NCBI GenBank assembly: GCA_963675785.1
Contig: OY776562.1
Coordinates: 544,001 to 608,000, forward strand
Length of the DNA stretch: 64,000 nucleotides
From: Anaerolineae bacterium
Lineage (GTDB): Bacteria > Chloroflexota > Anaerolineae > UBA1429
Direction: 5' to 3'
Under the pieces are notes generated by a model. The model made no database searches. It had not been told where the DNA came from and worked only from the letters and a program-made list of their open reading frames with translations. Below are positions 1 through 9,421 of this stretch, one piece after another (the stretch's first letter is position 1; every line of letters starts with the position of its first letter). Position numbers and translations under genes: made by a program.

Positions 1-359
1 ATGACGGCTTCTCCTCTGGATTGCTCTTCACCCCAGCGAGCCAGATTTTCCAGCGCCTGGGTTGATGGCGGATAGAGATGGGGCAGCATTGCGCAATAGT
101 CCTCTTTGTCTTTGATGAGGCCAGCGCCGTGATAGGCTGGTTGGGGCAGGGTGGCAGCGCGGGGTGAATGGCGCACTTGGTAGTAGACATCGAGACCAAA
201 GTAACGGACAATGTCATAACGGTCGGTTAATTCTCGCGGCAGCCCCTCAGCATGCCAGCGTTCGATTGTTTTATCCCACCATGAGGCCCACTCGATAAAG
301 GGCAGGCGATCGACGGGTTGAAAGTGCATCAATGCGCGAAATCGTTCGACGTGATCCAT
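1..359 (-). CDS. Uroporphyrinogen decarboxylase/MtaA-CmuA-family protein, N-terminal part (runs off the window start)
   Basis: Not in the ORF track. Manual translation from ATG at 359 gives MDHVERFRALMHFQPVDRLPFIEWASWWDKTIERWHAEGLP, which resembles the N-terminus of the 26187..27314 protein (RYLETVLFGHPDHVP...TLEAWHKQGL). Confidence 0.7.
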   Translation of the reverse strand, partial: MDHVERFRALMHFQPVDRLPFIEWASWWDKTIERWHAEGLPRELTDRYDIVRYFGLDVYYQVRHSPRAATLPQPAYHGAGLIKDKEDYCAMLPHLYPPSTQALENLARWGEEQSRGEAV

Positions 360-430
360 TAGTCCCCGATCTTGATGAAATGGTTTGATGCAGCCCAGTC
401 TAGCAAAGGCTTTGGTTGACGACAAGCATC

Positions 431-458
431 TGGAACCTGGAATCATCCATTTGCGTCT
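431..458 (+). promoter_or_regulatory. Putative ECF sigma-factor promoter
   Basis: GGAACC-N16-CGTC upstream of the lipoprotein gene; near-identical motif at 45257..45283. Confidence 0.55.
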
Positions 459-497
459 CAGCTGGGGACGGTGTAGGTCAATACAAGGTTGGTAGAG

Positions 498-2120
498 ATG
501 AACTTTTTTCGCCACAACCACAAAACGATTCACTTGGTGTCGGCGCTTTTGGTGACCCTCAGTTTATTGTTATCGTCATGCTCTTCTGATCCGACGGCAA
601 CCCCGGTTACATCGTCGACGCTTTCACCCACCACTACCCTCGAACCGACCAGCACACCCGAAATTATTTCTGGCATTGCTCAAGTGGATACGGTAACTGT
701 ACAACTACTCGAATCGTGGCCTGTTCAGGCCAATGTGGTTGTCAAGGGGATGCTCGAGGATGGCTGCACGACGATCGATGAAATTAGCACCGAGGCCACG
801 GGGGATGGATTTACGATTTCGATTACTACGGTTCGCCCGGCTGATATGATCTGCACACAGGCTTTGGTGCCCTTTGAAGAAGTTATCCCCCTCGATATTT
901 TGGGACTAACCGCCGGCAGCTATACGGTGAACGTGAACGGTGTTAAAGAGGTCTTTTCTCTTGACGCTGACAATGTGCAGGTTGGTCAGAATGATGTTGA
1001 GTTGAGCCGCTATGAAACATCTGCTGGCATCAGCCTCTTAGCCCCCGTTACCTGGGAGCAAGCGCTCGAAGATACATGGGTATCTTCTGATGGTTTGACG
1101 TTATCGGTCGAACTGTTGGATGTAGAGACGCTGGAAGATGCTGAAGAGCTTGTCACAGAGGGAAAAGAAGTTCTCTCACGCCTATCGACTAAAATTACAT
1201 GGGGAACCGGGATTTTGCTGGCGACCAGGGATACTGAAGACGAATTCAGGCAGTATCAGATGCTGGGCACCTTGAACGATCAGTTTATTCTGCTTTCGCT
1301 CTCGGCTTTGGATCGGGCTCTGCTGGAAGAGAATTCGGATCTCTTTGAACAAATCTATAGCAGCGTCAAGGCTATGGAAGCTGGAGCAGAATATGAAACG
1401 AGTCTGGCACCCGTCGAGACGGTAACCATCGAGATGACAGATTCGGTTCCGGTAGAGGCCACCGCGATTATTGAGGGATACCTGCCCGATGGCTGTACAG
1501 AGATCGATGCGGTGGATACGACTTATGATGCGCTCACTCGCACATTCCACGTTGCTGTCGAGACCCTCCGCCCGACTGATACTGGCTGCACGGAGGCGAT
1601 TGAACCGTTTGAGCAGCGAGTCCCGTTGCAGGTATACGGTTTGGCCGCAGGCGAATATACTGTCGAGGTGAACGGTGTCAAGGCTGTGTTTGAGCTGGAG
1701 CGCGACAATCGCAGCTATGCCTCGGCGGTGTCTCAGGAGGGTGTGGTTACAGTTCAATTGCCCCAATATGCGCTGCTTGTGGCGGTGCCTGAAGAATGGG
1801 AGCAGACGACCACAGGGTGGCTGGCTGAGGACGGTACGGTGATTGGCGTAGATGTGTACGAGCTGGCAGATGGCGAGACACTGCTCGATGTGTTACCTTC
1901 TGGTGGTTGTATCACAGGTTGCTCAACGCCCAGTTTGGAATGGTCTGGTGCTCTGCGCTGTCTTGTGACACTGGACGGGCAGTTTGAGGATCATGTGCTG
2001 GTGGTGCTTGAAAATGGCTCTGTGTTGGATTTGTACCGTCGAGCTGAGACAGAGGAATTGCTTGAAGACACGGACGAGTCATTCTTGCAAATGTGCCAGA
2101 GTGTAGAGCTGGAGAGTTAG
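498..2120 (+). CDS. Lipoprotein with a tandemly duplicated two-domain module
   Basis: Signal peptide with lipobox LLSSC, Thr/Pro linker, two copies of PV.A...G.L.DGCT.ID...T.RP.D..CT.A..PFE..PL..GL.AG.YTV.VNGVK.VF.L. ATG 498 preferred over TTG 489. Confidence 0.75.
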   Translation: MNFFRHNHKTIHLVSALLVTLSLLLSSCSSDPTATPVTSSTLSPTTTLEPTSTPEIISGIAQVDTVTVQLLESWPVQANVVVKGMLEDGCTTIDEISTEATGDGFTISITTVRPADMICTQALVPFEEVIPLDILGLTAGSYTVNVNGVKEVFSLDADNVQVGQNDVELSRYETSAGISLLAPVTWEQALEDTWVSSDGLTLSVELLDVETLEDAEELVTEGKEVLSRLSTKITWGTGILLATRDTEDEFRQYQMLGTLNDQFILLSLSALDRALLEENSDLFEQIYSSVKAMEAGAEYETSLAPVETVTIEMTDSVPVEATAIIEGYLPDGCTEIDAVDTTYDALTRTFHVAVETLRPTDTGCTEAIEPFEQRVPLQVYGLAAGEYTVEVNGVKAVFELERDNRSYASAVSQEGVVTVQLPQYALLVAVPEEWEQTTTGWLAEDGTVIGVDVYELADGETLLDVLPSGGCITGCSTPSLEWSGALRCLVTLDGQFEDHVLVVLENGSVLDLYRRAETEELLEDTDESFLQMCQSVELES

Positions 2121-2136
2121 CATTCGGGCCAAAAGC

Positions 2137-2171
2137 AAAAACGGGGCGATGAATTCAATCGCCCCGTTTTT
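2137..2171. terminator. Bidirectional intrinsic terminator
   Basis: AAAAACGGGGCGAT-gaattca-ATCGCCCCGTTTTT between convergent genes. Confidence 0.85.
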
Positions 2172-2178
2172 AATTTCT

Positions 2179-4083
2179 CTAGATATCGAGATTTTCGACT
2201 TCTTTGGCATGAGTTAGGATAAATTTGCGTCGGGGCGGTACATCGCTGCCCATGAGCATGTCGAATGTGTGATCACATACGGCGGGGTCATCAATGCTGA
2301 CTTGGAGCAAGTTTCGTGTCTCTGGATTCATGGTCGTGGTCCAAAGCTGCTCAGCATTCATTTCGCCCAGACCCTTGTACCTCTGAACATCCACGCTTCT
2401 GGCGCGAGAGGAGGCCATATAGGCTTCTCTTTCCTCTTCGCTGTATACATATACCGCGGAACGAGAGGTTGTTAGTTTGTAGAGCGGCGGCTGGGCCAGG
2501 TAGAGATACCCGTCGGTAATAAGTTTTTCCATGTAGCGGTAAAAGAAGGTGAGCAACAGAGTGCTGATATGGGCGCCGTCCACATCGGCATCGGTCATGA
2601 TAATGACCTTGTGATAGCGCAGTCCGCTGATATCGAACTGGTTGCCGATGCCAGTGCCCAGGGTCTGTATCATGGCACGAATGGGGATACTCTTGAGTGC
2701 CCGCTCTACTCTTTCCTTTTCAACATTGAGCACTTTGCCGCGCAACGGCAGTACAGCCTGAAAACGTCGATCGCGCCCCTGCTTGGCTGAGCCGCCGGCC
2801 GAATCGCCTTCGACGATAAATATCTCTGACTTGGCGGGGGCGCGTTCTGAGCAATCGGAAAAGTTACCCGGCAGTGTACTGGATTCCAGCACTGATTTGC
2901 GCACCACGAGCTCGCGTGCCTGGCGCGCCGCTGCTCTGGCTCGTGCAGCAGTATGAGCCTTGCGCACAATGGCTGTAGCCTCTTTTGAGTTGTTCTCCAA
3001 CCAGGCACTCAGTGCTTCCGAGATGACGCTGGCTACTTGCCCGGCCAGTTCAGCATTGCCCAATTTGGCTTTGGTCTGGCTCTCGAACTGAGGATCTGAT
3101 AGTTTAACACTGAGAACGGCTGTCAGTCCTTCACGGACGTCTTCGCCGGAAAGGTTCGTATCTTTGTCTTTGAGGATGGCCTTGCGGCGGGCAAAATCGT
3201 TCAACGACCGCGTTAGCGCACTGCGAAAACCGGTGACGTGGGTACCGCCGTCTACTGTGTTAATGTTGTTGGCAAAGCTAAAGGCGCTCTCGGCGTAGCC
3301 ATCGGTGTATTGTATGGCCGCTTCGATAGTAGTGCCCTCGATCTCTTGTGATACAAAAAACGGTTCGTGCAGGCAGTGCCGGTTACGGTTAAGGTAACGT
3401 ACAAATGAATTAGCACCGCCTTCAAAATGAAAGGTGCGTTCATCATCAGTCCGCTCATCGGCGAAATGAATGGTGAGGCCGCTGGTGAGAAAAGCCATCT
3501 CTCGAAAGCGCTGGCAAAGTGTTTTAAAGCGGTAATCCAGCGTCCGCATGATTTCTTCGTCTGGCATGAAACGTGTGGTGGTGCCGTGGTCTTTGACTTT
3601 GCTGTGCTGTGTCACTTCGGTAACGGGAACACCACGCTCATAGCGCTGACGATATTCATAACCTTGATAGTGTACCGTGACTTGGAGCCATTTAGAGAGG
3701 GCATTGACAGCCGAAACGCCCACACCGTGCAGGCCGCTGGCTACTTTGTAACCACCGCCACCAAATTTACTGCCTGCATGCAGCACCGTGTGTACTACCT
3801 CAAGGGTGTTCTTGCCCGTTGTGGGTTCAATGCCTACGGGGATGCCGTTGCCATTATCGACAACGCTCACTGAGCCATCCTTATGTAGGACGATATCAAT
3901 GTGGTCACAGCGGCCTGCCAGGGCTTCGTCAATCGAGTTATCGACGACTTCGTAGACCAGATGATGAAGGCCACGAATATCTGTGCTGCCAATGTACATA
4001 CCTGGCCTGCGGCGAACCGCTTCGAGACCTTCGAGAACCTGGATGTCTGCAGCAGTATACAGTGGTGTCTGATTGTCAGGCAT
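2179..4083 (-). CDS. gyrB: DNA gyrase subunit B
   Basis: [58 protein letters not shown]-terminal NLDI. Start ATG 4083 overlaps the upstream stop. parE cannot be fully excluded. Confidence 0.9.
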   Translation of the reverse strand: MPDNQTPLYTAADIQVLEGLEAVRRRPGMYIGSTDIRGLHHLVYEVVDNSIDEALAGRCDHIDIVLHKDGSVSVVDNGNGIPVGIEPTTGKNTLEVVHTVLHAGSKFGGGGYKVASGLHGVGVSAVNALSKWLQVTVHYQGYEYRQRYERGVPVTEVTQHSKVKDHGTTTRFMPDEEIMRTLDYRFKTLCQRFREMAFLTSGLTIHFADERTDDERTFHFEGGANSFVRYLNRNRHCLHEPFFVSQEIEGTTIEAAIQYTDGYAESAFSFANNINTVDGGTHVTGFRSALTRSLNDFARRKAILKDKDTNLSGEDVREGLTAVLSVKLSDPQFESQTKAKLGNAELAGQVASVISEALSAWLENNSKEATAIVRKAHTAARARAAARQARELVVRKSVLESSTLPGNFSDCSERAPAKSEIFIVEGDSAGGSAKQGRDRRFQAVLPLRGKVLNVEKERVERALKSIPIRAMIQTLGTGIGNQFDISGLRYHKVIIMTDADVDGAHISTLLLTFFYRYMEKLITDGYLYLAQPPLYKLTTSRSAVYVYSEEEREAYMASSRARSVDVQRYKGLGEMNAEQLWTTTMNPETRNLLQVSIDDPAVCDHTFDMLMGSDVPPRRKFILTHAKEVENLDI

Positions 4084-5065
4084 TACGGATCTCGCTCCCT
4101 TCCGACATGCGTTCGCGAATGGCACTTAACTGGTCTCTGTAGAATACAAAGACGGCGGCGATCAGGCCTGTGCCAACAAAGGCGTTGCCTACAATGGCCG
4201 CAATTGTGCCTAGGAGAGAAGTGTTCAATATAGTCCAAAGATAGGACATCCCCATGCGGATGAGTGCTGTTAACAAAATAATGCCCAGCGAGGGCCAAAA
4301 GTTGATGCGAACGATCATCATACTGGCACGGATAGCCTCACGGGTGTGGGCGTGCGTTAGGGCTATTGCTTGCGGCACAAAGTACATGTAAGCAAATGCC
4401 CAAAAGGCCAACGTGGCAATAAAGAGTTCTGCCAAAAGAATGATGACCTGAGCGATGGCACCGAGCCCCGTCATCAGAAGGACAGCCGCCAGCAGGTATA
4501 TCAGAAAGAACACCCCGAGGACGCCAATGATTAACACAATCAAAACGCCAATAAATTTAACGAGTTGTACCCAATAGCTCGGCGCCGACTTGAGGGCGGC
4601 TAACAGACCCTCCTGGTGACCGCGAATGTCTTCGGCGATAAAGCTCCAGTAGATGCAGCCGATGAATAGCCCTAACAAGAGTGCACCAACGACTGCCCCA
4701 AGAGATTGGATATCTGTAGGCAGGTAGAGGACATTGTCATTTGCAAGATCAATGGGCACCAATGCAGAGACGCTTGGAATGACAATGTTGCTTACTGGAA
4801 TCAACGCAAGAATGTTGAATTCACTCCAGGCCGTTGCCAGTGCATCATATTCTGCTACAACCAATGCCGTATCGTCGACGCCCAACAGGTCCGATGTTTC
4901 CTGCAGATTGTCGATCATCAGATCGTATACCTGATTTACGGTTGGCTGCATGGAGACCTTGGGGCCAAAGAGCAGAACCAGGTCCAAAATGATGGGAATG
5001 ATAAAGAGATAGGGTTTCTTGCTGATCAGGCTAAACCCACTTGTGAGCGTATCGATAACTTTCAA
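4076..5065 (-). CDS. Polytopic membrane protein, unknown function
   Basis: About 6-7 hydrophobic helices, GGAGGT RBS before TTG, overlaps the gyrB start. Confidence 0.75.
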   Translation of the reverse strand: MKVIDTLTSGFSLISKKPYLFIIPIILDLVLLFGPKVSMQPTVNQVYDLMIDNLQETSDLLGVDDTALVVAEYDALATAWSEFNILALIPVSNIVIPSVSALVPIDLANDNVLYLPTDIQSLGAVVGALLLGLFIGCIYWSFIAEDIRGHQEGLLAALKSAPSYWVQLVKFIGVLIVLIIGVLGVFFLIYLLAAVLLMTGLGAIAQVIILLAELFIATLAFWAFAYMYFVPQAIALTHAHTREAIRASMMIVRINFWPSLGIILLTALIRMGMSYLWTILNTSLLGTIAAIVGNAFVGTGLIAAVFVFYRDQLSAIRERMSEGSEIRNA

Positions 5066-5142
5066 TTGGTTTATTACCTCCTGATTGTGTACATTCTACC
5101 ACAAGGCAGGCCGGTCTCGAAAGCCAAGCATAAGGAAACGAA

Positions 5143-5925
5143 ATGGCAGGAATTATCACACTCATCACAGATTTTGGCACAGTTGACGGCTATGTGGGGG
5201 CACTAAAAGGTGCCATCGTTGCCGTCAACCCTCAGGTGAATCTGGTGGATATTACCCACGATATCCCAGCACAGGATATTGCTGGCGGTGCTTTTGCGCT
5301 GGGGAACTGCTGGCATGTCTTTCCAGAAGGTACGGTGCACGTGGTCGTGGTTGATCCAGGTGTGGGGACTGATCGCCGCCCTTTGGTTGTTTCAGCGGGC
5401 GGCCAATTCTTTGTTGCCCCCGATAATGGAGTTCTTACCCATGTTTTGCGCCAAGTGCGTGCGTTTGATGCCTACCAGATTGCAGATGAACGCTACTGGC
5501 GGCACCCGCTCAGCAACACCTTCCACGGACGTGATATCTTTTGCCCTGTGGCGGCACACCTGGTTTCGGGTCTGCCGCCCTGGCGCGTTGGCCCTGCCAT
5601 AGAGGACCTTGTCGAGTTGGCCTGGCCTACAGTCGTCCAGAATGCCAAAAAGATTGAGGGCCACGTGCAACACATTGATCGCTTTGGGAATATCATCAGT
5701 GATATTCCGGCGAATCGTTGTCCCGTCTCAAAGGCGAAATATGCTTCGGTTGGCGATCTGGATCAAGTCACTTTTGGCCTCACGTATGGAGAGACCGCGC
5801 CGGGCACCCCAATAGCGCTGGTTGGGAGCCACGGCTATATCGAAATCGGCATCTCATCAGCGAGCGCTGCACAAAGGACATGCACTAGAGTGGGCATGCC
5901 CTTTGTTGTCTACCTGGAGACGTAA
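5143..5925 (+). CDS. SAM hydroxide adenosyltransferase (DUF62, SAM-dependent halogenase superfamily)
   Basis: ITLITDFG..DGYVG, VVVVDPGVGT.RR, APDNG, SNTFHGRDIF, IDRFGN motifs. Confidence 0.9.
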   Translation: MAGIITLITDFGTVDGYVGALKGAIVAVNPQVNLVDITHDIPAQDIAGGAFALGNCWHVFPEGTVHVVVVDPGVGTDRRPLVVSAGGQFFVAPDNGVLTHVLRQVRAFDAYQIADERYWRHPLSNTFHGRDIFCPVAAHLVSGLPPWRVGPAIEDLVELAWPTVVQNAKKIEGHVQHIDRFGNIISDIPANRCPVSKAKYASVGDLDQVTFGLTYGETAPGTPIALVGSHGYIEIGISSASAAQRTCTRVGMPFVVYLET

Positions 5926-5931
5926 AGGGCG

Positions 5932-6912
5932 CTACTGATTTAGATCACCAATCAAGTCGCCCAGTGACTCAAAGAAGGCGTTGTACTGCTCAATGCGTGC
6001 TTGCGTCTCGTCAACAAAGGCCTGCATTTCTTGCAGGGCTGCTGTAGTCTCGTCCAACTGCCCACTCAGGTCATCAATGGAGGCAGTGAGTTCTTCACGG
6101 GTATCGCTGAGGTCGCTTTGCAGGTTGCTCACCGTGATGCTCATGCTATCCAGCTCTGAACGGGCCGTGGTAACCATATCGGCGATCTGCCCCGTACGTT
6201 CATCAAGGGCGCTGACTCTATCCCAGCTCAATTCCGCATTAGTTTGCATGGTATTAAGGTTGTTGCTGAGGGCATTGAACTCGTCACGGCTTACTGGTTC
6301 GAGGCTTCCAAACCAAATTGACATGGCAACGAGCGAGAGAACCAGCCCAAATAACCCACCCAGTCCCACCAAGAGAATGTCGTGTCCCCAACTGCGGCGG
6401 GTAGGCGTCTCGGGTTGGGAAGTTTCTTTATTCTCTGCGGACGGTTCATTCGCCGCAGCCGTATCGGTGGTTTGGGGCTCTGTTTCGAGCTTGACTGCCT
6501 CATCAGGAATGGGGGCGGTCTCTATAGCGGCTGCTACCTCAGAGGGTGTTGTTTCTTCTGAGGCGGCATCTGGGTCGAGTTCAGCGATCACATCCTCGGG
6601 CACAAAGGTTTGCGAAACATCTGTGTCGCCACTGGAGCCAATGGTGACAGGTTCCAGTGCCCGGTCGTCATACTTTTCCGCATTGTCGGTGGTGAACATC
6701 GAATCCAGTTCGGCCTTGAATTCTATGATCTGATTGGGCCCAATGCCTTGAATCTCTTCTAGTTCATCCATGCTGGCGAACGGGCCGTTTTCAGTGCGAT
6801 AGTTGATAATGCGTCTTGCAAGAACAGGGCCGATTCCTGAGATATCGACCAGTTCTTCGAATGAAGCCTCGTTAAAGAAATCTGTATCGAACTCTAGTTT
6901 GCGTGTGCTCAT
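5932..6912 (-). CDS. ComEA-like helix-hairpin-helix protein with one TM helix and a C-terminal coiled coil
   Basis: NEASFEELVDISGIGPVLARRII.YR..NGPF..MDEL..IQGIG at the N-terminus, acidic linker, TM near aa 179-202, heptad tail; AAGGAGG RBS. Confidence 0.8.
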   Translation of the reverse strand: MSTRKLEFDTDFFNEASFEELVDISGIGPVLARRIINYRTENGPFASMDELEEIQGIGPNQIIEFKAELDSMFTTDNAEKYDDRALEPVTIGSSGDTDVSQTFVPEDVIAELDPDAASEETTPSEVAAAIETAPIPDEAVKLETEPQTTDTAAANEPSAENKETSQPETPTRRSWGHDILLVGLGGLFGLVLSLVAMSIWFGSLEPVSRDEFNALSNNLNTMQTNAELSWDRVSALDERTGQIADMVTTARSELDSMSITVSNLQSDLSDTREELTASIDDLSGQLDETTAALQEMQAFVDETQARIEQYNAFFESLGDLIGDLNQ

Positions 6913-7130
6913 TCGCTCAACCTCCTTTGTATTTCTGCGCTTGGCCTGCTATTTTGCACGGATAAGCGCTTTCTCCTTTGATTATATCACAGGAACTCTA
7001 CACCCCAAGCGCTCTAACGTTGTTTCTCATAATACGTTTTACATTCGATCATGCTTCGTGTATGGTGTGGCATGCTTGCCAAATGAACATGTCCATTTGG
7101 CCTATACAAGTCGGGCTCGTAAAGGAGAAT

Positions 7131-8474
7131 ATGGTTGCAAGAATTCGACCAGCGCGTGATCTCACCAAGGAGTCCGTCTCCAGGCTGCTGTTATCGCTTT
7201 CTATTCCGACGACGATACAGTGGGTGCTTTCTACGGGCAGCGGGCTCGTTCTAGCCTGGTGGCTGGGGCAGCTTGGCCGTACAGCACTTGCCTCATCTGC
7301 GGCTGCAACGGCGCTGCAATTGGTCATCATCAGCCCGATGATGGGTCTCTCTTCGGGAGGGCAAGCTATCGCCGGGCGGTTCCTTGGCGCGGGCGAAACG
7401 GAACAGGCTGATCGAACTGTTGCGCAGTGTATGCTGCTTTTGCTGGTTATGGTCAGCATTTGCTCCGTGATTGGCCTGTTGGGAGCTGAGACATTTCTTG
7501 GTTGGATGGGCTATGAGGGCGCAGTGTTGGAAGAGGCCATTATCTATAGCAAAGTTGTCTTTTCTGGCTTGTTGGTTCTGGAGATGCTGCCTTCAATGAA
7601 TGGCGTGATCCTTGCTGCCGGCCGACCACTGTACACAATGCTCATGTATGGCATTCAACTTGGTGCTACAGCTGCCCTTATGCCCTTACTGGTGCCCGCG
7701 CGAGGCATCCAAGGGGCGGCGCTTGCTGTTGTATTGGGCAGCGCTGCCGCGGTCATTGCCCAGCTCGTCATTCTGTTTGGTGGTTTTGCCGGCATGAAAT
7801 TGCGTCTGCGAGACATGGCGCCTGATTGGCTCCTCATGAGGCGCATTCTGGGTATTGCCATTCCCACTTCGGCCCAGCGTTTTGTCCCCAACATTCGAGA
7901 GGCCGTACTGGTTGCCCTTGTTACAGCCCTTGGGGATATTCCTCTAGCAGCGTTCGGCCTGCTTTGGCGCATTATGAGTTTTACCCTGGCACCGGCTTAT
8001 GGTCTTTCGGGGCCTGCCGCTTCGTTGGTGGGGCAGAATATTGGTGCCTGTTATCCCAATCGGGCCGCCAAGGCTGCCAATCTATCCACGATTCTGGCTA
8101 TTATTGCTACGGCGTTGCTTCAGCTCTTGCTCATCTTGTTCCCTGAGGCCATTTTGGGTTACTTTACCTCTGAAACAGTGACGATCGAGGCAGCCCGTGC
8201 TGTTCTGCCGTTCAGTCTGTTGATTGCCGTTGGACACGGTTGGAACAGGGTGATGGCCACTGTGCTTTCAGCTGCTGCTGATGCGACGGCTAATCTCGTA
8301 CTGACGACGATAAGTGTCGTCGGGCTCCAACTGGGCTTGGCCTGGCTCTTTTCGCAGCCACTGGGCTGGGGAGTACAGGGATTGTGGTTGGGCGCAGCCA
8401 TTGGGGCAATTGCCAGCGGTGTTTTTCTTAGTCTTCGTTTTGCCCAGGACAAGTGGCGAGACTGTTTTATCTGA
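7131..8474 (+). CDS. MATE family efflux transporter
   Basis: RDLTKESV start, about 12 TM helices, GRFLGAG and LVGQNIGA motifs; AAGGAG RBS before ATG 7131. Confidence 0.85.
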   Translation: MVARIRPARDLTKESVSRLLLSLSIPTTIQWVLSTGSGLVLAWWLGQLGRTALASSAAATALQLVIISPMMGLSSGGQAIAGRFLGAGETEQADRTVAQCMLLLLVMVSICSVIGLLGAETFLGWMGYEGAVLEEAIIYSKVVFSGLLVLEMLPSMNGVILAAGRPLYTMLMYGIQLGATAALMPLLVPARGIQGAALAVVLGSAAAVIAQLVILFGGFAGMKLRLRDMAPDWLLMRRILGIAIPTSAQRFVPNIREAVLVALVTALGDIPLAAFGLLWRIMSFTLAPAYGLSGPAASLVGQNIGACYPNRAAKAANLSTILAIIATALLQLLLILFPEAILGYFTSETVTIEAARAVLPFSLLIAVGHGWNRVMATVLSAAADATANLVLTTISVVGLQLGLAWLFSQPLGWGVQGLWLGAAIGAIASGVFLSLRFAQDKWRDCFI

Positions 8475-9354
8475 GTTCTTTGGTAAACGTCCAGTAAGCG
8501 CGATGTAGTTTGGCCCCCAGCGCTCGGGCGTAATAGGCAACAGGCCCCACCCAGACGATTTCGCAGGCTGTATCTCCACGGGTAGCCATATCCTGCATGC
8601 ACATGCGCATGAGTGTGCTGCCCAGTCCTTGTCCCCTCATGTCAGGGTGCGTCCCCGTCGGGCCAAATCTGCGCGGCCCGGTCACATCGTAGACTGCAAA
8701 AGAGACAATCGCCGAGTCTTTGATTGCCAGAAACAGGGGAATTACCTCCCGATCAAAGGCAGATCCGGATTCCTGCACCCAATCCTTGCCAAAGTGGGCC
8801 CCCACAAATTCTTTGAGCGCTTTTCGATCTTGTGGCAGCGCACGACGAATCTCAAATTTTCGCTCTTTTAGCGCGTCTAGCGAAACAATAGTATTCGCCG
8901 ATTGGGTCAGGTCGACAAGCATGTCAACGCGGGCGACCCGCTCAGTTTTGTAGCCGCGCTGCATCAGCAGGGTGATGGCAGGTGTGCGCGTGAGTTCAAC
9001 GCCGGGGAACAACCAGCCCGGAGCGATGCCATCGACGGCAAGGCGTGTAGCACCCTCGTCAGCCAACCTCTTTTCTAGCTCGTCCAGCAGAGCCGAGGCA
9101 ATGCCTTTTCTCCTATACTCGGTTTTGACGCCAAACAGCCTCAAAATGCCCAATTCATCACGTCGTGCGCCAAAACCAAAGCCCACCAGTTCGTCGTGCT
9201 CATGAGCCACCAGACACAGAGAGGCGTGTGAGTCAAAGGCATCGAGGGTGGCGTGGGCGAGCGACGGCTCGTTATCGATTGGCTGCATCTGCATATCACG
9301 GGTAAGGGCTGTAATAGCGGCAAGATCGGCACGTGTCAGTTCCGATATCTTCAT
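8467..9354 (-). CDS. Tandem GNAT acetyltransferase
   Basis: Two acetyl-CoA motifs, YRRKGIAS and MRGQGLGS. Confidence 0.85.
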   Translation of the reverse strand: MKISELTRADLAAITALTRDMQMQPIDNEPSLAHATLDAFDSHASLCLVAHEHDELVGFGFGARRDELGILRLFGVKTEYRRKGIASALLDELEKRLADEGATRLAVDGIAPGWLFPGVELTRTPAITLLMQRGYKTERVARVDMLVDLTQSANTIVSLDALKERKFEIRRALPQDRKALKEFVGAHFGKDWVQESGSAFDREVIPLFLAIKDSAIVSFAVYDVTGPRRFGPTGTHPDMRGQGLGSTLMRMCMQDMATRGDTACEIVWVGPVAYYARALGAKLHRAYWTFTKELR

Positions 9355-9421
9355 GGCGAACTCCTATGCGATTCGAGCTGCCCTATTGGGCAGCTCGAAT
9401 AAACATATTAGCAAGTACAAA

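Noticed and set aside
5143-5925. Fluorinase/chlorinase
   Set aside because: It has the DPGVG, RR and TFHGRD residues of the hydrolytic DUF62 type, no evident fluorinase insertion, and no secondary-metabolite context.
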